A stretch of 64,000 nt of DNA from Neocallimastix sp. 'constans'. Taxonomy: Eukaryota. Location: the NCBI GenBank assembly GCA_050613775.1, contig JBODTK010000011.1, forward strand, positions 1,116,001-1,180,000, read 5' to 3'. Of this stretch, positions 25,553 through 41,511 are shown piece by piece (the first letter of the stretch is position 1; each line of letters begins with the position of its first letter). A model generated the notes under the pieces. The model searched no databases. It worked only from the letters and a program-made list of their open reading frames with translations, and was not told the DNA's origin. The position numbers and the translations under genes are program-made.

Positions 25553-27541
25553 ATTAAGTTTCTTTTTTTTTTTTTATTTGAAAATGGAACAAAAATTTTT
25601 TTTTTTTTTTTTAAAAAAAAAATAATGAAAATAATGTTGATGTTTTTTTGTTTTTTTTCATTGAAGAATTTTTTTTTTTTATATATATTTTATATTCTTT
25701 TAATCAAATGTCAAAACAACTAACAAAAAAAAAAAATTAATTTCATAGACACAAAACCAAAAAAAAAAAAAAAGAAGTATTCATATAAAGATATAGTAAT
25801 TTTATTAAATACATAAAAACCATTTAATAAAAAAGAGAAATTTTAAAATTTTATGTATCAAAAAAAAAAAAAAAAAAAAAAAAAAAACTTCATATAAAGT
25901 TTTTAATTTATTTAATTTTAAATTTTTTTTTAGAAAAAAAAAATTTTTTTTTTTAAGTAAATATATAAAAATAGAATTAAATAAATGAATAGAGTGTTAG
26001 AGTGCTAGGAAATTTAGAATATAAATATAATGATTTTGCTTTTTTTTTTTTTTTTTTTTTTCAACATATTAAAATCTTTTTTAATTATTTTTTAAATACT
26101 TTATTCTATATGTTAATAAAAACATATAGATACATTATTTTTTTTTTTTTTTTACCTTTTTAATATTTCAAATATTTCATAAAGTTTTCAAAATATAATT
26201 TAAATAAAAAATGAAAAAAAAAAAAGTTAATAATTATTTTGTATTAATAAATATAGAATCTTTTTATATTATATATGAAATATTATAAAATGTTAATAAT
26301 ATGTTTAAATAAGAAAAAAAATTATATATATATAGTATTAGATTTTATCTATAATAATATTAATAATATTATTATAATTTATTCATTTAAAAAACAAATA
26401 CTTTAAGATCTTCATTTTTAATTGTACATTAATCCATAACATAGTAATTTATTTTTTTTTTTTAAAAAAAAAAAAAATTTGTTCTTAAATATTATAATTT
26501 TAATATAATTTTAATATAATAGTTTTACATTTAATAATTTTAATTTAATAATTATAACATTTAAATATTTTTATGTTTTATTTTATTATAATTATTAATA
26601 GAGTTTAAAAATTTTAATTATATCAAATTATATTTATAATGAATTCAACATTTTAAAAAGTTTATATTGTTTTTTTTTTATTTATTAATTAATTATTACC
26701 ATCTTTACCAAATTTTTAATTTACTCTTTTGGATTATTTATAATTCAATATATCATTAATGAAAATTTAAATGCTTTTTTTTTTTTTTTTTTTAAAAAAA
26801 AATTCTACATTAAAAAAATTTTTTTAAACATTTTAAAGTTTATAAAATTTGATTAATTTTTGATAGATTTTTTTTTTTTTTTTTTTGGAATTAAAATACT
26901 TGTAATTTGGAATTTGATTATTAATTTTTTTTTTTTAAAAATGACAGTGGTAATGTATGCTTTAATTTAGAAAAATAAAAAAAATAAAAAACAGTTGATA
27001 TTTTATCTTTTTTATTTTATTTTAAAAAAGAGAATATTTTTTTTATTTGATTCCTATTTTATTTTTCATTTTTCACTTTTCATTTTTCATTTTTATTTCA
27101 TTATATTTAATTATATTTTATTTTATTCAATCTGTATCTATAATTATATTTCTATTATTATTTATTATTATTATTTTTTTATTTTTATTAATAATTTACA
27201 TTTTTATTATACTTTAGTATTTAATTTTTTTTTTATTTTATTATATTTCATTTCATTACACCCCTTACTAATCCTATTCCATTCTTGAATAATAGTATAA
27301 CTTTTTATTATACTTTAGTATTTAATTTTTTTTTCTTTTTTTTTTTTTTTTTTTACTTTATTATATTTCATTTCATTATACCCTTTACTAATCCTATTCC
27401 ATTCTTGAATAATAGTATAACTTTACCAATAACAATTATAGGAGTAATAATGAAAATTTCATAAATTAATATTTAATGATTTATATAAATGATATAAATA
27501 TATTATTATTATATCATAACGTAATATGATTTATATTGAAA

Positions 27542-27580
<39 letters not shown>

Positions 27581-28547
27581 AAATATATGCAACTTAATTA
27601 TTATTATTATTTATGATATTCAAAAATATTCAATAATATTTATATCATATATTAACTATAAAAAATATAAATATAATCCATCTATTAAATTTTTTTTTTT
27701 TTTATATATTATATATATAATATATAAATTTTTGATAATTATTAATTTTTTATTAAGACTTAAATATTAAAATAATAAAATCATTTTAGTCATATAGACA
27801 AACGTACTTATTATTATATAAGAATATGAATACCATTAAATATTTTATTTTATTTTATTTTTATTTTTTTTTATATATATAATTTTTTAATATTTTTTTA
27901 TTTCGTTTTTTTTTTTTTTTTATAATTTTTTAATATTTTTTTATTTCGTTATCTATATGTGTAATGTTTTTTTTTTTTTTTTTTTATCAAAATTAAGAAT
28001 GATACTTGAATGATATTAAATAACTATATATATAATTGTTGTCGTCTTAAATAATTATATATATAATAGTTGTCTGTGATAAATTAATTTGAATACTAAA
28101 TGGAGATTAAATATTTAAATTTTAAACTGTTTTATATTTTCTATATATTTATATTTTACTCATATAAAGTAATATGGAAAATATTAAACTATTTACTATA
28201 TATATATATATATTTTTTTTTAATTATATATATATGTATATATATATATAATTAATATATTTTTTCTCCTTTTACATTTAATAATTTTATAATTATTAAT
28301 TAAAATAAAGTTATTTTGCTTATAAATATAAATTATTATAGAATTAATTCTATAGATATGAATTTACATTAGTTAATTGAATATAAATGAAAAAAAAAAA
28401 AAAATTGAAAAATATTTAAAAACTAATATATATATATAAAAAAAAATTGTATTATATATATACTTGTATATATTATTTAATATAAAACTTGAATGATGAT
28501 GAAATATAGATTCTATACATAATTAATTATAAATTAAATTATATCTT

Positions 28548-28583
<36 letters not shown>

Positions 28584-28601
28584 TAATATCAACCATAATA
28601 T

Positions 28602-28649
<48 letters not shown>

Positions 28650-28684
28650 CTTTTAAAACTATCATATAATATAGAATTTATTAT

Positions 28685-29692
28685 TTAAGTTTGTGTAATA
28701 TCAACGCTAATGTAATCTACGCTCTCTACACTACCTATATTATCATTAAATATATTGGTACTTTTAATATTGGTTCTAATTTTGCTCTCTTCAAATTTAT
28801 TATCGTCATAATTATCGTTTTTGGAATAGGTTAAAATATCAATATTATATTTAAAGAGAAGTGAATCACAAGCTAAAATTAAAATGAAACAAGTCTTTAT
28901 ACATTGAAATGGATTAATGTAACTACTCGGTATGCTATGAAAAGCTTCAGTAATTCCATTAAAAATGGATACCAGAATACTAATAAAATCCACAAATATT
29001 ATTATTATATAATTGGAACGTTTAATATAATAATCAACTTTATTTAATTTAGAATCTTCAGGCAATTTCCGGTTTCGCTTATATACATAATAAAAAATGG
29101 AAATACTACATAATAAATCTGATATGGCCAAGACAGCAAAGGAGGCCATATGACCATACTTTGTTTGTGGGGTCGTTAGGAGACCTTTTATCATACGTTC
29201 ATATCCGATGTAAAACCGACATCCCGAATAAAGAAAAAACAGTCCAATGATAGAATTCTTTACATATTTAACTATATTTCCGTTGGAAAAAGTTTTCATT
29301 TTATATAAATTTAATATAGGAATGGAATATTCCTTGATGATCCAAAATATTTCTGCAAATAAATAACTGGCTAGGTGAGGTCTTGGGGTGTTGATATCTG
29401 CTTCTCGACATACATAGGCGGTTGTTCCACCTTCAATTAACGTCCCACAGAACCCTGAAATCGCTGCACTTAATAAAATTTTCCAATATTTTCCTTTATT
29501 ACCACTGAAATACATTAAAATCACTAGTCCACATTGAATATAATTTGTATTAAATCCTGATTCCTTAAACTTTGAGCATAGCCCATCAAAAAAGTCTTTA
29601 TAGGGTTTTATAGGGCACATTCCCTTCGAGCTAAATCGATCAAATCCTTCTCCAGTAGGATATGGATAAACTGATAGAGGACTTGAAACCAT
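28685..29692 (-). CDS. 7-transmembrane receptor-like protein, paralog 4
   Basis: Same motifs as paralog 1; intronless ORF. Confidence 0.87.
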   Translation of the reverse strand: MVSSPLSVYPYPTGEGFDRFSSKGMCPIKPYKDFFDGLCSKFKESGFNTNYIQCGLVILMYFSGNKGKYWKILLSAAISGFCGTLIEGGTTAYVCREADINTPRPHLASYLFAEIFWIIKEYSIPILNLYKMKTFSNGNIVKYVKNSIIGLFFLYSGCRFYIGYERMIKGLLTTPQTKYGHMASFAVLAISDLLCSISIFYYVYKRNRKLPEDSKLNKVDYYIKRSNYIIIIFVDFISILVSIFNGITEAFHSIPSSYINPFQCIKTCFILILACDSLLFKYNIDILTYSKNDNYDDNKFEESKIRTNIKSTNIFNDNIGSVESVDYISVDITQT

Positions 29693-29840
29693 TGACTTAT
29701 TCTTATTCTTATTCTTATTATTATTATTATTATTATTAATTATTATTATTATTTTAATGATGACTGATGAAAAGATTGTTTTTTATTATTATTTTCTTCT
29801 AATAAAAATTGATGAAATTGATATTATTGTAATTGATGAA

Positions 29841-29872
<32 letters not shown>

Positions 29873-30157
29873 AATTGAGGAAATTGGTACTATTATTGTT
29901 ATTTATTATATAATTGATTAAAAGGATATTATTTTTATTTATTATTATTATTATTATTAGGTATAAGTGATGAAAAAGAGTGTTTTATTATTATTGTATT
30001 ATTATAATGAATTTGTATATTTGTGTTATTGAAAATAAGGTAAAATATACCTAAATAAATAAATTATCTCTATTAATTGTTATCTATATATATTTTTTCC
30101 TTTGATATATATAATTTTTATTTTATTTTTTTTATTTTATTTTATTTTATTTTATTT

Positions 30158-30202
<45 letters not shown>

Positions 30203-30812
30203 GAATAAATACCAAATTAATTAGTATTAAATAATTTTGAAATATTTAAAGACATTTTTGAATTATTATTATATAATTTTTTTTTTTAATTATACTTTAC
30301 TTAGTATTACTTTACTTATTTATATATTTATAAAAAAATTTAAAGAATTTTTTGAAACAATTAAACATTATAAAAATTATATATTTATTTTAATTTATAT
30401 ATATATCTATTAGTACATTTATAGAGATATAAATAAATACTTAAGAACTAAATTAATATTAAAAAAAAAATAATATTTAAAAAATATTATAAGCTAAAAA
30501 ATAAAGATAAAAAATATAATAATAATAATAATATAAATAAAAATACAAGAAAATCAAAAATATATATATTTTTTTAATTAATTAAATAATAATAATAATA
30601 ATAATAAAAAATCTTATTTAAATTTAAATTGTATTATAGAAATTGTTACCATTAACATAAAATTTATTATTATTTTTCTTCTCCCTTTACTTTTTTTTTT
30701 TTTTTATTATTTATATTTTTATACCCTGAATTACCTATACCTATTAATGTATATTAGATATAAAGATATAAATAACAAAATAGTATTTTTAATATTTTTT
30801 TTTGCCAGGGAA

Positions 30813-30847
<35 letters not shown>

Positions 30848-31256
30848 ATTTTTAATTACAATAAAAAAAGTTTTGTAAACTTTTTTAACTTTATATAATT
30901 AAAATAATTAAGTGAATTAAAAAAAAAAAAAAAAAAATTAATTATATCATATATAAATTAAGGTTCAAGGTCATTTTATTTTATTATAATTTTTTTTTTT
31001 TTTTTTTTTATTATTTTTTGTTTTTTAATAAAATTAAATATAAAATATAAATATAGTAAATATAGGTTATAGGTCATAAAATGGATATTTTGTTATATTA
31101 AATTTAAATATTCAAATAAAAAATTCATTAAAATAAGAATTTATTTTTATATGAAAGAATATATATATATATTTTTATTTAATATTTATTTATATTTGAT
31201 TATATATTTAATAATTTATTTAATACTTTAATTTTTTAATATTTGAAATGTTTTTT

Positions 31257-31289
<33 letters not shown>

Positions 31290-31693
31290 TTAATATTATT
31301 TTAAAATTACTAATAATATATATTATTTTGCATTAAAAATATATATATATATATATATTTTTTTTTTTGAAATAATTTTATTTATTCATCTCTTAAATAT
31401 TTAACTTTTTTTATTAGATGTATTGAATATAGATATAATATTTTAATAATTAAAAGGATAAAAACTAATAAATTTATTGATTTTGATCTTGATTTAATAT
31501 AAAAATTTGTTATTCAATTAATGAATTTTTTTTTTGTATTAAAATTTATATAAAATAATACTAATATTTTACCATCAAGATATTTTTAAATTTAATACAT
31601 ATATATTAAAAAATTTTTATTGTTTAAGCTTTGACATATTTTAAATTAAAAACAAAAGGTTAGAATGACAATTTACAATAATTAATTATTATT

Positions 31694-31724
<31 letters not shown>

Positions 31725-32158
31725 ACTTATTCTAAAAATAAAAGGATACTTTAAACTTTTTAAAATAATTTTCTTTTAATTTAGTTATTTATTTATTTAT
31801 TTATTTATTCAATCTATTTTATTATTTTCTCATGTTTTAATTATTTTCAAAAAAATAAATAATACGAAATTTTAAATTACTGATACTTAACCTTTTTTTT
31901 TAAAAAAAAAAAAAAGAAAAAATTAAAATAAAAAAATATGGATATTGTTTTTAATTAATAAATTAAAATGTTAATATCATAATTAAAATAAATTAATTTT
32001 TTTTTTTAAAGAATTAAATAAAAATAATAATAATAATAATAATTAATATTAATAATAGTTAATAATAATAATTATTGTTATTATTATTAAAAAAAAAATT
32101 ATGTTATTTTAAATAAATAAAAAAATTTTAGGAAAAAAAGTAAATATTTAATATTTTT

Positions 32159-32340
32159 TGTTTAAAATAATGTGAAATATATGAAAAATAAGCTCTTTAA
32201 ACATATTGCAGTATAATAATATATAAGCCACAATGTAGTAATACAAAAACAATTAATTTAGGTTAATTAAGTACTAATAACCTCTTTATTATAAAATATA
32301 TTAATAAAGTTGACATAATTATAAACCTTTAAATTTATGC
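32159..32340 (+). mobile_element. Degenerate solo LTR related to the element C LTR
   Basis: AATATATAAGCCACAATGTA and ATAAAATATATTAATAAAGTTGACATAATTATAAA are reverse complements of segments of 39579-39813. Confidence 0.7.
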
Positions 32341-33621
32341 TTCTTAATAATAATACTACTAATTATAATAACTATCATAAATTTAATAGTTTATATAGTT
32401 TAATAAATCTAAGTTTAATCTTTTTTTTTTTTTTTTTTTTTTTTTTTTGAAGACAATTATTATACATATAAAAAATAAGAAAAAAAAAATTAAAAAATAA
32501 AATTTATAGGAAATATTTATTAAAACAGACGACATATATTATATTCTATTTTTTGATATATAAAAAATTTTTAATAAAAATTTAACTGAAAATTATAATT
32601 TGATTTAAATGAAAGAAAATACTAACACTGATAAAAGGAAAAATATAATAATAAAACTGATCATAAAATAATACTAAAAATATTGTATTAATAATAATAA
32701 TTAAATAAAAATTAATATAATAAACAATAAACCTGTTATTTCTATTTTTATGAATATAGAATGAAAAATTATCATATAAAGAAAAAAAAAATATAATAAA
32801 ATATAATAATAATATAACCCTTTTTATAATAATGTGTGTTGATATCAATAAAAATAATGATAATGAAGGTTAAATATTTATGATATAAAAAAAAATTATA
32901 ATAATAATATTTACAATAAAAATATGTTAACAATATATTTATATTAATAATAATAAAAAAGAGAGTATTTATAATGTTTAATGGTAACAAGTATAAGTTT
33001 AATATTTTAATAAACCTTACAATTTATTTATTTAATTTTAATTTAAGGAAAAAAATAACATAAAATAAATATATAAAATTAAATAAACAAAAACTTTAAA
33101 TTGTTTAAATTAATTTATTATTATATATATTTTTTTTTTTTAAGGGAAATATATTGGAAGAGGTTTTAAAAAAAATATATATATTTTTTTATATAGTTTG
33201 TTGAAAATTTAAAAAATTTAAAATATTTAATTTTTTTTTAATAAAACTTTTTTCCAATATGTATATAAAAATAATTAATAATAAATAATAAATAATTAAT
33301 AATAAATAATAAATAATAAATAATAAATAATAAATAATAAATAATAAATAATTAATAATAAATAATAAATAATAAATAATAAATAATAAATAATTAATAA
33401 TAAATAATAAATAATTAAATAATAAATAATAAATAATAAATAATAAATAATAAATAATAAATCATAAATAATAAATAATAAATAATAAATAATAAATAAT
33501 AAATAATAATTTTAATGATAATAAAATATTATAATTATAATAATAATAATAATTATAATAATAATAATAATAATAATTATAATAATAATAATAAAACTTA
33601 TTTTTAAAAAATATATATCAA

Positions 33622-33662
<41 letters not shown>

Positions 33663-34574
33663 GATATATATCTTTATTTTAAAATTTATATATATATAGG
33701 TTATAAAGTTTTTTAATAGGTTTTATAAATTGTAATGCGATCAATCCTATATTTTATGTAAATATCAAATTTCTTTAAGTTAAATAAAAAAAAAAAAAAT
33801 CTTATAGAAACCAAAGAAATATGCTATAAAATAATTTAATGTAAATTTTAATATATAACAAAATATCAAAATACAATGGAGAGAAAATTATTACAGGAAA
33901 AAAAAAGAAAAAAATTTTATAATTTTAATAATAAAATTAAAAATAGATTAATCTTAATAATGATAATAATAAATAAATTATATTAATAATAAAAAACCAA
34001 AAAAAAACAAATAAAAATAAATTTTATCATATCATATAGTTTTATGAACTTAATTACTATTTTATTTTTATAATTATTTTTTTTTTTTTTGTTAAAGGAA
34101 AATAAAATAAAATAAAGTAGAAAAGCTTATATTTCTTAAATTAATAATAAAATTACACTTAATAAACCATGAATTATTATTATTATTATTAATTTTTTTT
34201 TTTTAGGGACAGTATATTTAAAAAAAAAATAATTATTTAGTTTGAATTAATCTTTTTTTAGGGATAGTATATTTAAAAAAATAATTTTATAGTTTAAAGT
34301 AATAAAAAAAAAAAAAATATTATTAGGGAATGGAAAATTGTCATGAAAAGAAAAGAAATGCAATGAAAGTATAATAATATAATTTAATAAACTTAATTTT
34401 TATTTTTATTTATTTTTATTTATTCAATATTAATAAAAAGGTGAAAAAAAAAAAAAAAATAAAAAATTAACCTTATAATATATAAATTAATACAAAAAAA
34501 GGGTACTAGATTAATGACATTTATTTTTTAGGGACAACATATTAAAAAAATAGTTTTATAGTTTATAAAAATAA

Positions 34575-35214
34575 TAAAAAAATAATAAAACTATTATATT
34601 TATAATAATAATAATAATAAAACTATTATATTTATAATAATAATAATAATAAAACTATTATATTTATAATAAAAATAATAATAAAACTATTATATTTATA
34701 ATAATAATAATAATAAAACTATTATATTTATAATAAAAATAATAATAAAACTATTATATTTATAATAAAAATAATAATAAAACTATTATATTTATAATAA
34801 AAATAAAAAAAATAATAAAACTATTATATTTATAATAATAATAATAATAATAATAAAATTATTATATTTATAATAATAATAATAATAATAAAACTATTAT
34901 ATTTATAAGAATAATAATAAAACTATTATATTTATAATAATAATAATAATAATAATAAAACTATTATATTTATAATAATAATAATAATAATAAAACTATT
35001 ATATTTATAAGAATAATAATAAAACTATTATATTTATAATAATAATAATAATAATAATAAAATTATTATATTTATAATAATAATAATAATAATAATAATA
35101 AAATTATTATATTTATAATAATAAAATTATAATAAAACTATTATATTTATAAGAATAATAATAAAACTATTATATTTATAATAATAATAATAATAATAAT
35201 AAAATTATTATATT

Positions 35215-35248
<34 letters not shown>

Positions 35249-35340
35249 TTATTATATTTATAATAATAATAATAATAATAAAACTATTATATTTATAAGA
35301 ATAATAATAAAACTATTATATTTATAATAATAAAATTATA
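34575..35340. repeat. Minisatellite AAAACTATTATATTTAT with variable (AAT)n
   Basis: More than 20 visible units. Confidence 0.88.
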
Positions 35341-35833
35341 ATCCTTATAATAATAAAGTATTGTTTTTATAATAAAAATAATAATATTATGTTTATAATA
35401 AAATCAATAAAACCATTACATTTATTATAATAATAATAAAAAGGAAAGATTTCAATTATAGTAATTGTAGAAAACACAAATTTGAAAGATTAATAAACTC
35501 ATTTTTTCTATTCTTTTTTATTTTTATTTTTTTTTTCTTTTTAAAAAAAAAAAAATAGAAAAAATTAAAATCTTTCAATGTTTTATATTGTTTTAATTAA
35601 TAATAAAAGAGATTCTGTAAATAATATATTTCATTTTTTTTTTAATAATAATTTTTCGTATAAAAAAATTAAAAAAAAAAAAAAAAATGAAATATTGTAG
35701 TTATTCTAGTATAAATTTTATAATATATTTAAATACACATTAAAAATTAAAAGTTTTTTTAAAAAATAATAAAAATTAAAAAAAAAAAAGAAGTTTTTCC
35801 ATTTTTTTTAGATATATATTTTAATATTTTTAT

Positions 35834-35872
<39 letters not shown>

Positions 35873-35978
35873 CATGAATGTTATAAAGATTTTTATTTTT
35901 TTTATTTTTTTTTAATATATTATAAGCAAATTTTATATGTTTATTCAATATTCAATATAAAAATAATATATATAAAAA

Positions 35979-36016
<38 letters not shown>

Positions 36017-39000
36017 TGTTATTCCAAATTTTATTTATATACATATCACTTAAAATTTATTGTTTTCATTAATTTTTAAGATTTAAATTTACTATAAGCA
36101 AAACCTGAATTAATATTTAAATTTCAATATTATCCTTAATAAAATCTACTATTCAATTAGTCTTATTATTATTACTTATTACTTTATTTAAATATTTTAG
36201 AAAATCTCTTTTTTTTTTTAACAACCTTTGAGAATATTGTTTTCTTCCTACATCACATTTTTCATATTTAACTTATATTATAAATATATATATACTTTTT
36301 TTTTATTATATTTTATTTTATTATATTATATTTTATTTTATTATATTTATTAGTATTATAATTATAATATTTTTACATGAATGGAGAATAATTCTTTAGT
36401 ACTTAAATGTTCTCTGAAAAATTTTATATCATAAATTTATACTAATAATAATAATAGAAATAAATAGTAAATAGTAAATAATAAATAATAAATAATAAAT
36501 AATAAATAATAAATAATAAATAATAAATAATAAATAATAAATAATAAATAATAAATAATTAAATAATAAATAATAAATAATAATAAAAAGAGTATTTATT
36601 AATAAATAATTGAATAATTGAATCATAAATAATAAATAATTGAATAATAAATAATAAATAATAATTAATAAATAATATTAATAATAAATCATAAATAATA
36701 AATAATAAATAATGTAAATTTTTTTTATTATTAAATATATAAAAAAAAGTTTTATAGATTAATTATATTTTTTTTTAATCTATAGTCCCTCTTTAATATG
36801 TAACTATTTAATTTAATTTATGATAAATAAGCATTTATTTATGGAAATCATGTAATTTTTTCTATGCTTGAGAATGTTTTAAGTAGTAATAAAAAAAAAT
36901 ATAAAAAATATAAATTTATATGTGACATATATATTATAATACAACTATTATATATATTAAAATACATATATTATATATATTATAAATATATATGTCATAT
37001 AATAAATAAACTGTAATATTACACTATATTATTTTATATACTAATTTATAATTGAATATAATTTAATTCTAAAAAAATTTTAAAATTAAACTTTGAAAAA
37101 AAAATGTTTTATATCATAATAAAAAACTTTAATTTTAATTTAATTTATTTTTTAATAATTAATTTATTTTTTTTAGTAATTAATTTATTTTTAATATTAG
37201 TTGTGCGACATTAAAACGTTAAAAAAAACAAGTAAAATATACATATGAAAAAAATAATTTATTTTATTTTATTATAGAATAGAATAAGGGTTAACAAGAA
37301 AAAAAAAAGTGGATTCATTTTTTTTGTTAATTTATCTAACAAAAAAAAAAAAAAAAATTAAAATAATTATTAATAATGTTATTTGAGAGATAATTCATTT
37401 AAAAAAAATAATAAATAATAAATAATAAATAATAAATAATAAATAATAAATAATAAATAATAAATAATAAATAATAAATAATAAATAATAAATAATAAAT
37501 AATAAATAATAAATAATAAATAATAAATAATAAATAATAAATAATAAATAATAAATAATAAATAATAAATAATAAATAATAAATAATAAATAATAAATAA
37601 TAAATAATAAATAATAAATAATAAATAATTAATAATTAATAATAAATAATAAATAATAAATAATAAATAATAAATAGTAAATAATAAATAGTAAATAATA
37701 AATAATAAATAATAAATAGTAAATAATAAATAATAAATAATAAATAGTAAATAATAAATAATAAATAATAAATAATAAATAATAAATAATAAATAATAAA
37801 TAATAAATAATAAATAATAAATAATAAATAATAAATAATAAATAATAAATAATAAATAATAAATAATAAATAATAAAATATTAATAAATATATATATTTT
37901 TTTAATTATGAATATTATAAATAATTGACTTTTATTATTAATTATTATTATTTATTATTATTTATTATTATTATTATTAATTATTTTATTTTATTATTTT
38001 AACACCCTATATGATTTATTTTAAAATTTTTTATTAATATCATATTTAATATCTACGATTTGGATGAATTAAAAAAAATATATAAAAAATGAGTATAGTG
38101 TTTTTTTCGAAGTATTAATTTTTAAAATAAAAAAAAATATTCATAATTTAGTTCTGCTATCCATTATAATATTTCTTAATTCAAGTATAGTTAATATATA
38201 TTTATTATTAATATTATATATATTTTAATAAATAAACAAATGCCATATATAAAAATTAGAAACTATTTATTCATTATATTATATATATAATTATTTATTT
38301 TATAATTAATATCATATAACATTGAATAATAATAATAAAAGACAAATAATTAGCTATAATGAACAGTACATAGTTGATTTTGAGATTTTAAAAAAAACTA
38401 ATTGAACCAAAATTAAAAAAGAAAATAACTACTTCTTTTTTTTTTTTTTTTTTTTCTGGAATTAATACTTTTAACATATTTCTCTTATTATATATATAAT
38501 TATCAATTTTTTTCTATTTAAATAAATTATTACTATTTTAAAAATTGTATTTAAAATAGTTAATTATTTATGTTTCAATACTTTATAAGTAATAATAATA
38601 AAATAATAATAAATAATTGAATAATAATAAATAATTGAATAATAATAAATAATTGAATAATAATAAATAATTGAATAATAATAAATAATTAAATAATAAT
38701 AAATAATAAATAATAAATAATTGAATAATAAATGATAAATAATAAATAATTGAATAATAATAAATAATAAATAATAAATAATAAATAATAAATAATAAAT
38801 AATAAATAATAAATAATAAATAATAAATAATAAATAATAAATAATAAATAATAAATAATAAAAAATAATAAATAATAAATAATAAATAATAAATAAAATA
38901 AATATTAAATAATAAATAATAAATAAAATAAATATTAAATAATAAATAATAAATAAAATAATAATAAATAATTGAATAATAATAAATAATTGAATAATAA

Positions 39001-39578
39001 TAAATAATTGAATAATAATAAATAATTGAATAATAATAAATAATTAAATAATAATAAATAATAAATAATAAATAATTGAATAATAAATGATAAATAATAA
39101 ATAATTGAATAATAATAAATAATAAATAATAAATAATAAATAATAAATAATAAATAATAAATAATAAATAATAAATAATAATAATAATAAATAATAATGA
39201 ATAATAATAATAAATAATAATAATAATAAATTTTAATTAAATGGTAAATCATTTTTAAAATAATAAAATCATGAATTATTATTGATTATTATTTTATTTA
39301 TTATATATAAATATGGTAGATATAAAGAATTAAGTCATTGGATGTCATTTTTATAATTTTTTATTTTATTATTATTATTATTGTAATATATTCATATTAA
39401 TATATTATTTTAATTTTCATTTTATATTAAATTATTTTATATATTATATTACTTTCTTTTATTAAATTTAATATATTTTGACGATTTTGCCACTCCACAT
39501 GTACAAAATAGAGAAGAAAAAATTGAAAAAAGGAAAGAAAAATAATTATTAATTAATAATAATAATAATAATAATAAT

Positions 39579-39813
39579 TGTTAAAAATCGTTAATTTAGG
39601 TTTTATAATTATGTCAACTTTATTAATATATTTTATGATTAAGAGTTACTTTGTGAGTTACTAGAGTAACTAATAACTAATGTTTAATTCTATTACAAAT
39701 TACATGCTTTTATACTTTTACATTGTGGCTTATATATTAATTTATCACAATATGTTTCAATACATTTTAATTATATTTAACTCCTATTTTCTCCTATTTC
39801 ACATATTCTAACA
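39579..39813 (-). repeat. 3' LTR of element C
   Basis: Identical by eye to 42827-43061. Confidence 0.93.
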
Positions 39814-41511
39814 TTCCCCCTTAAACCTAATTTTCTTGATATAAAAAATTTGGTTTACTGGTGAATATGTGTATATAAAATTATCCTATTCTATAATTTT
39901 AACTTGATTTAAATTAATCGACTAATTATTTCTATTCTAAACTAACATTTAATTTTACATGAATAAAATATTTTCACTTTATATTAATTTCTAACTCAAT
40001 ATGAATTTTTGTTAAAATAATTCTAAATAAATATGTAATCTAATAAATTCCCCCTAAACTAAGTATTTAATATTATTATTACACCATTGATATTGGATGT
40101 ATCTATGACATCTCTTATATTATTGTATGGTTTATATATACCATTTTGTATGACGGAAACCTTTCTCTTGAAGGGTGATATTATACCATCTATATTTGTG
40201 TGAATACCTCATATATTGGGTTTTTACATCACTTTTAATTATAATCGCTTTATAGATTAGCGTTAACTTTCATATATATTCGCTTTGTAGTTTTAGCGAT
40301 AACTATTAAAATAAATTGTTAATAATATTTGTTAATTGTATATTGGTGTACTTGATAAAATTTAATCTTGGGTGTTAAAATTGATTATATTTATAGTAAA
40401 TTATATTATTCTAGCCATTTAGACCTTTAGTAAATTATGTATGTAATATTATGTTAAGGTTCATAGTTTTAGTTTATTTCTCTTTATAGGCTAATTTTTG
40501 TTAAATATCTCTTATTGATTTAATTTTTATTCAAATTGGTTAGCTTTCATTTTAGTTTTTATTAATATTTTACGTTCACTATTCCCCCTAAAATCCGAAT
40601 TACTAAAAGAATTTTATATATTTGGATTTTCTCATCATTAAAATATTAATGATATAAGTTTAATAATTATGACTTCATGAATATTTTGCAATCAATAAGT
40701 ATAGCTTGTAGATGGAAAAATCTCATCTGTTTGTATATAACTCATGGTTATATTAATTATATTATACCATTCATTATGAAGGTTTTTGTTAAATTAATAT
40801 TAAATTAGTTATTATCTAAACCCATTTCACGCTAGGTTTAATAATACTATTATTATTATTATTATTATTGAATATACCCATTTCACGCTAGGTATTCAAT
40901 TTAAATAAATTGTATTTAGTTATTTTGAAGAATATGCTTATTTCACGCTAAGCATTTCTTTCATTAATATGTCATTCTCCTTTGAATATTTGTTGTTAAT
41001 TTATATGTATATATATACGCGTTTGATATGTATAAATACGCGTTAAAATAACTATATTTTAAATAACGAAAACCATTGTTTAATTTGTGATTGCTTAATT
41101 TATAATATATAATGTTAAATTGTAATTTGATATATTTATAGGGTAGAATATTATTTTTAGTTTAGTTTCTTTGTGCATTGAATAGAGTATTAAAGTTAAA
41201 TATGCTTTAAATTTCATCATATTTGTGTTAATTATCTTAATCTTTTAAACATCATGTAATGATAATTTGTTTTATCGTTCATTTTAAAATCTATATAAAT
41301 CTCTAATAGATTTTATCGTTTTATCATATGTTAGAGTAAATAATTATAAAATTATAATACATGATATATTACATATAATATAATTTTCTTCTATCTTCGT
41401 TGAATTTGTAATATTTATGTATACACGAAAATGTGTAGTAATTTTAATGTATATTTGTAAAATAGATATAATGAATTTCTTAATAAAGTTGATATAATTA
41501 AAATATCAAAT

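Noticed and set aside
17016..32990. Short F/I/L/Y-rich ORFs (17016, 18764, 20079, 26995, 32582, 32772)
   Set aside because: Chance ORFs in T-rich low-complexity DNA with no coding-like composition
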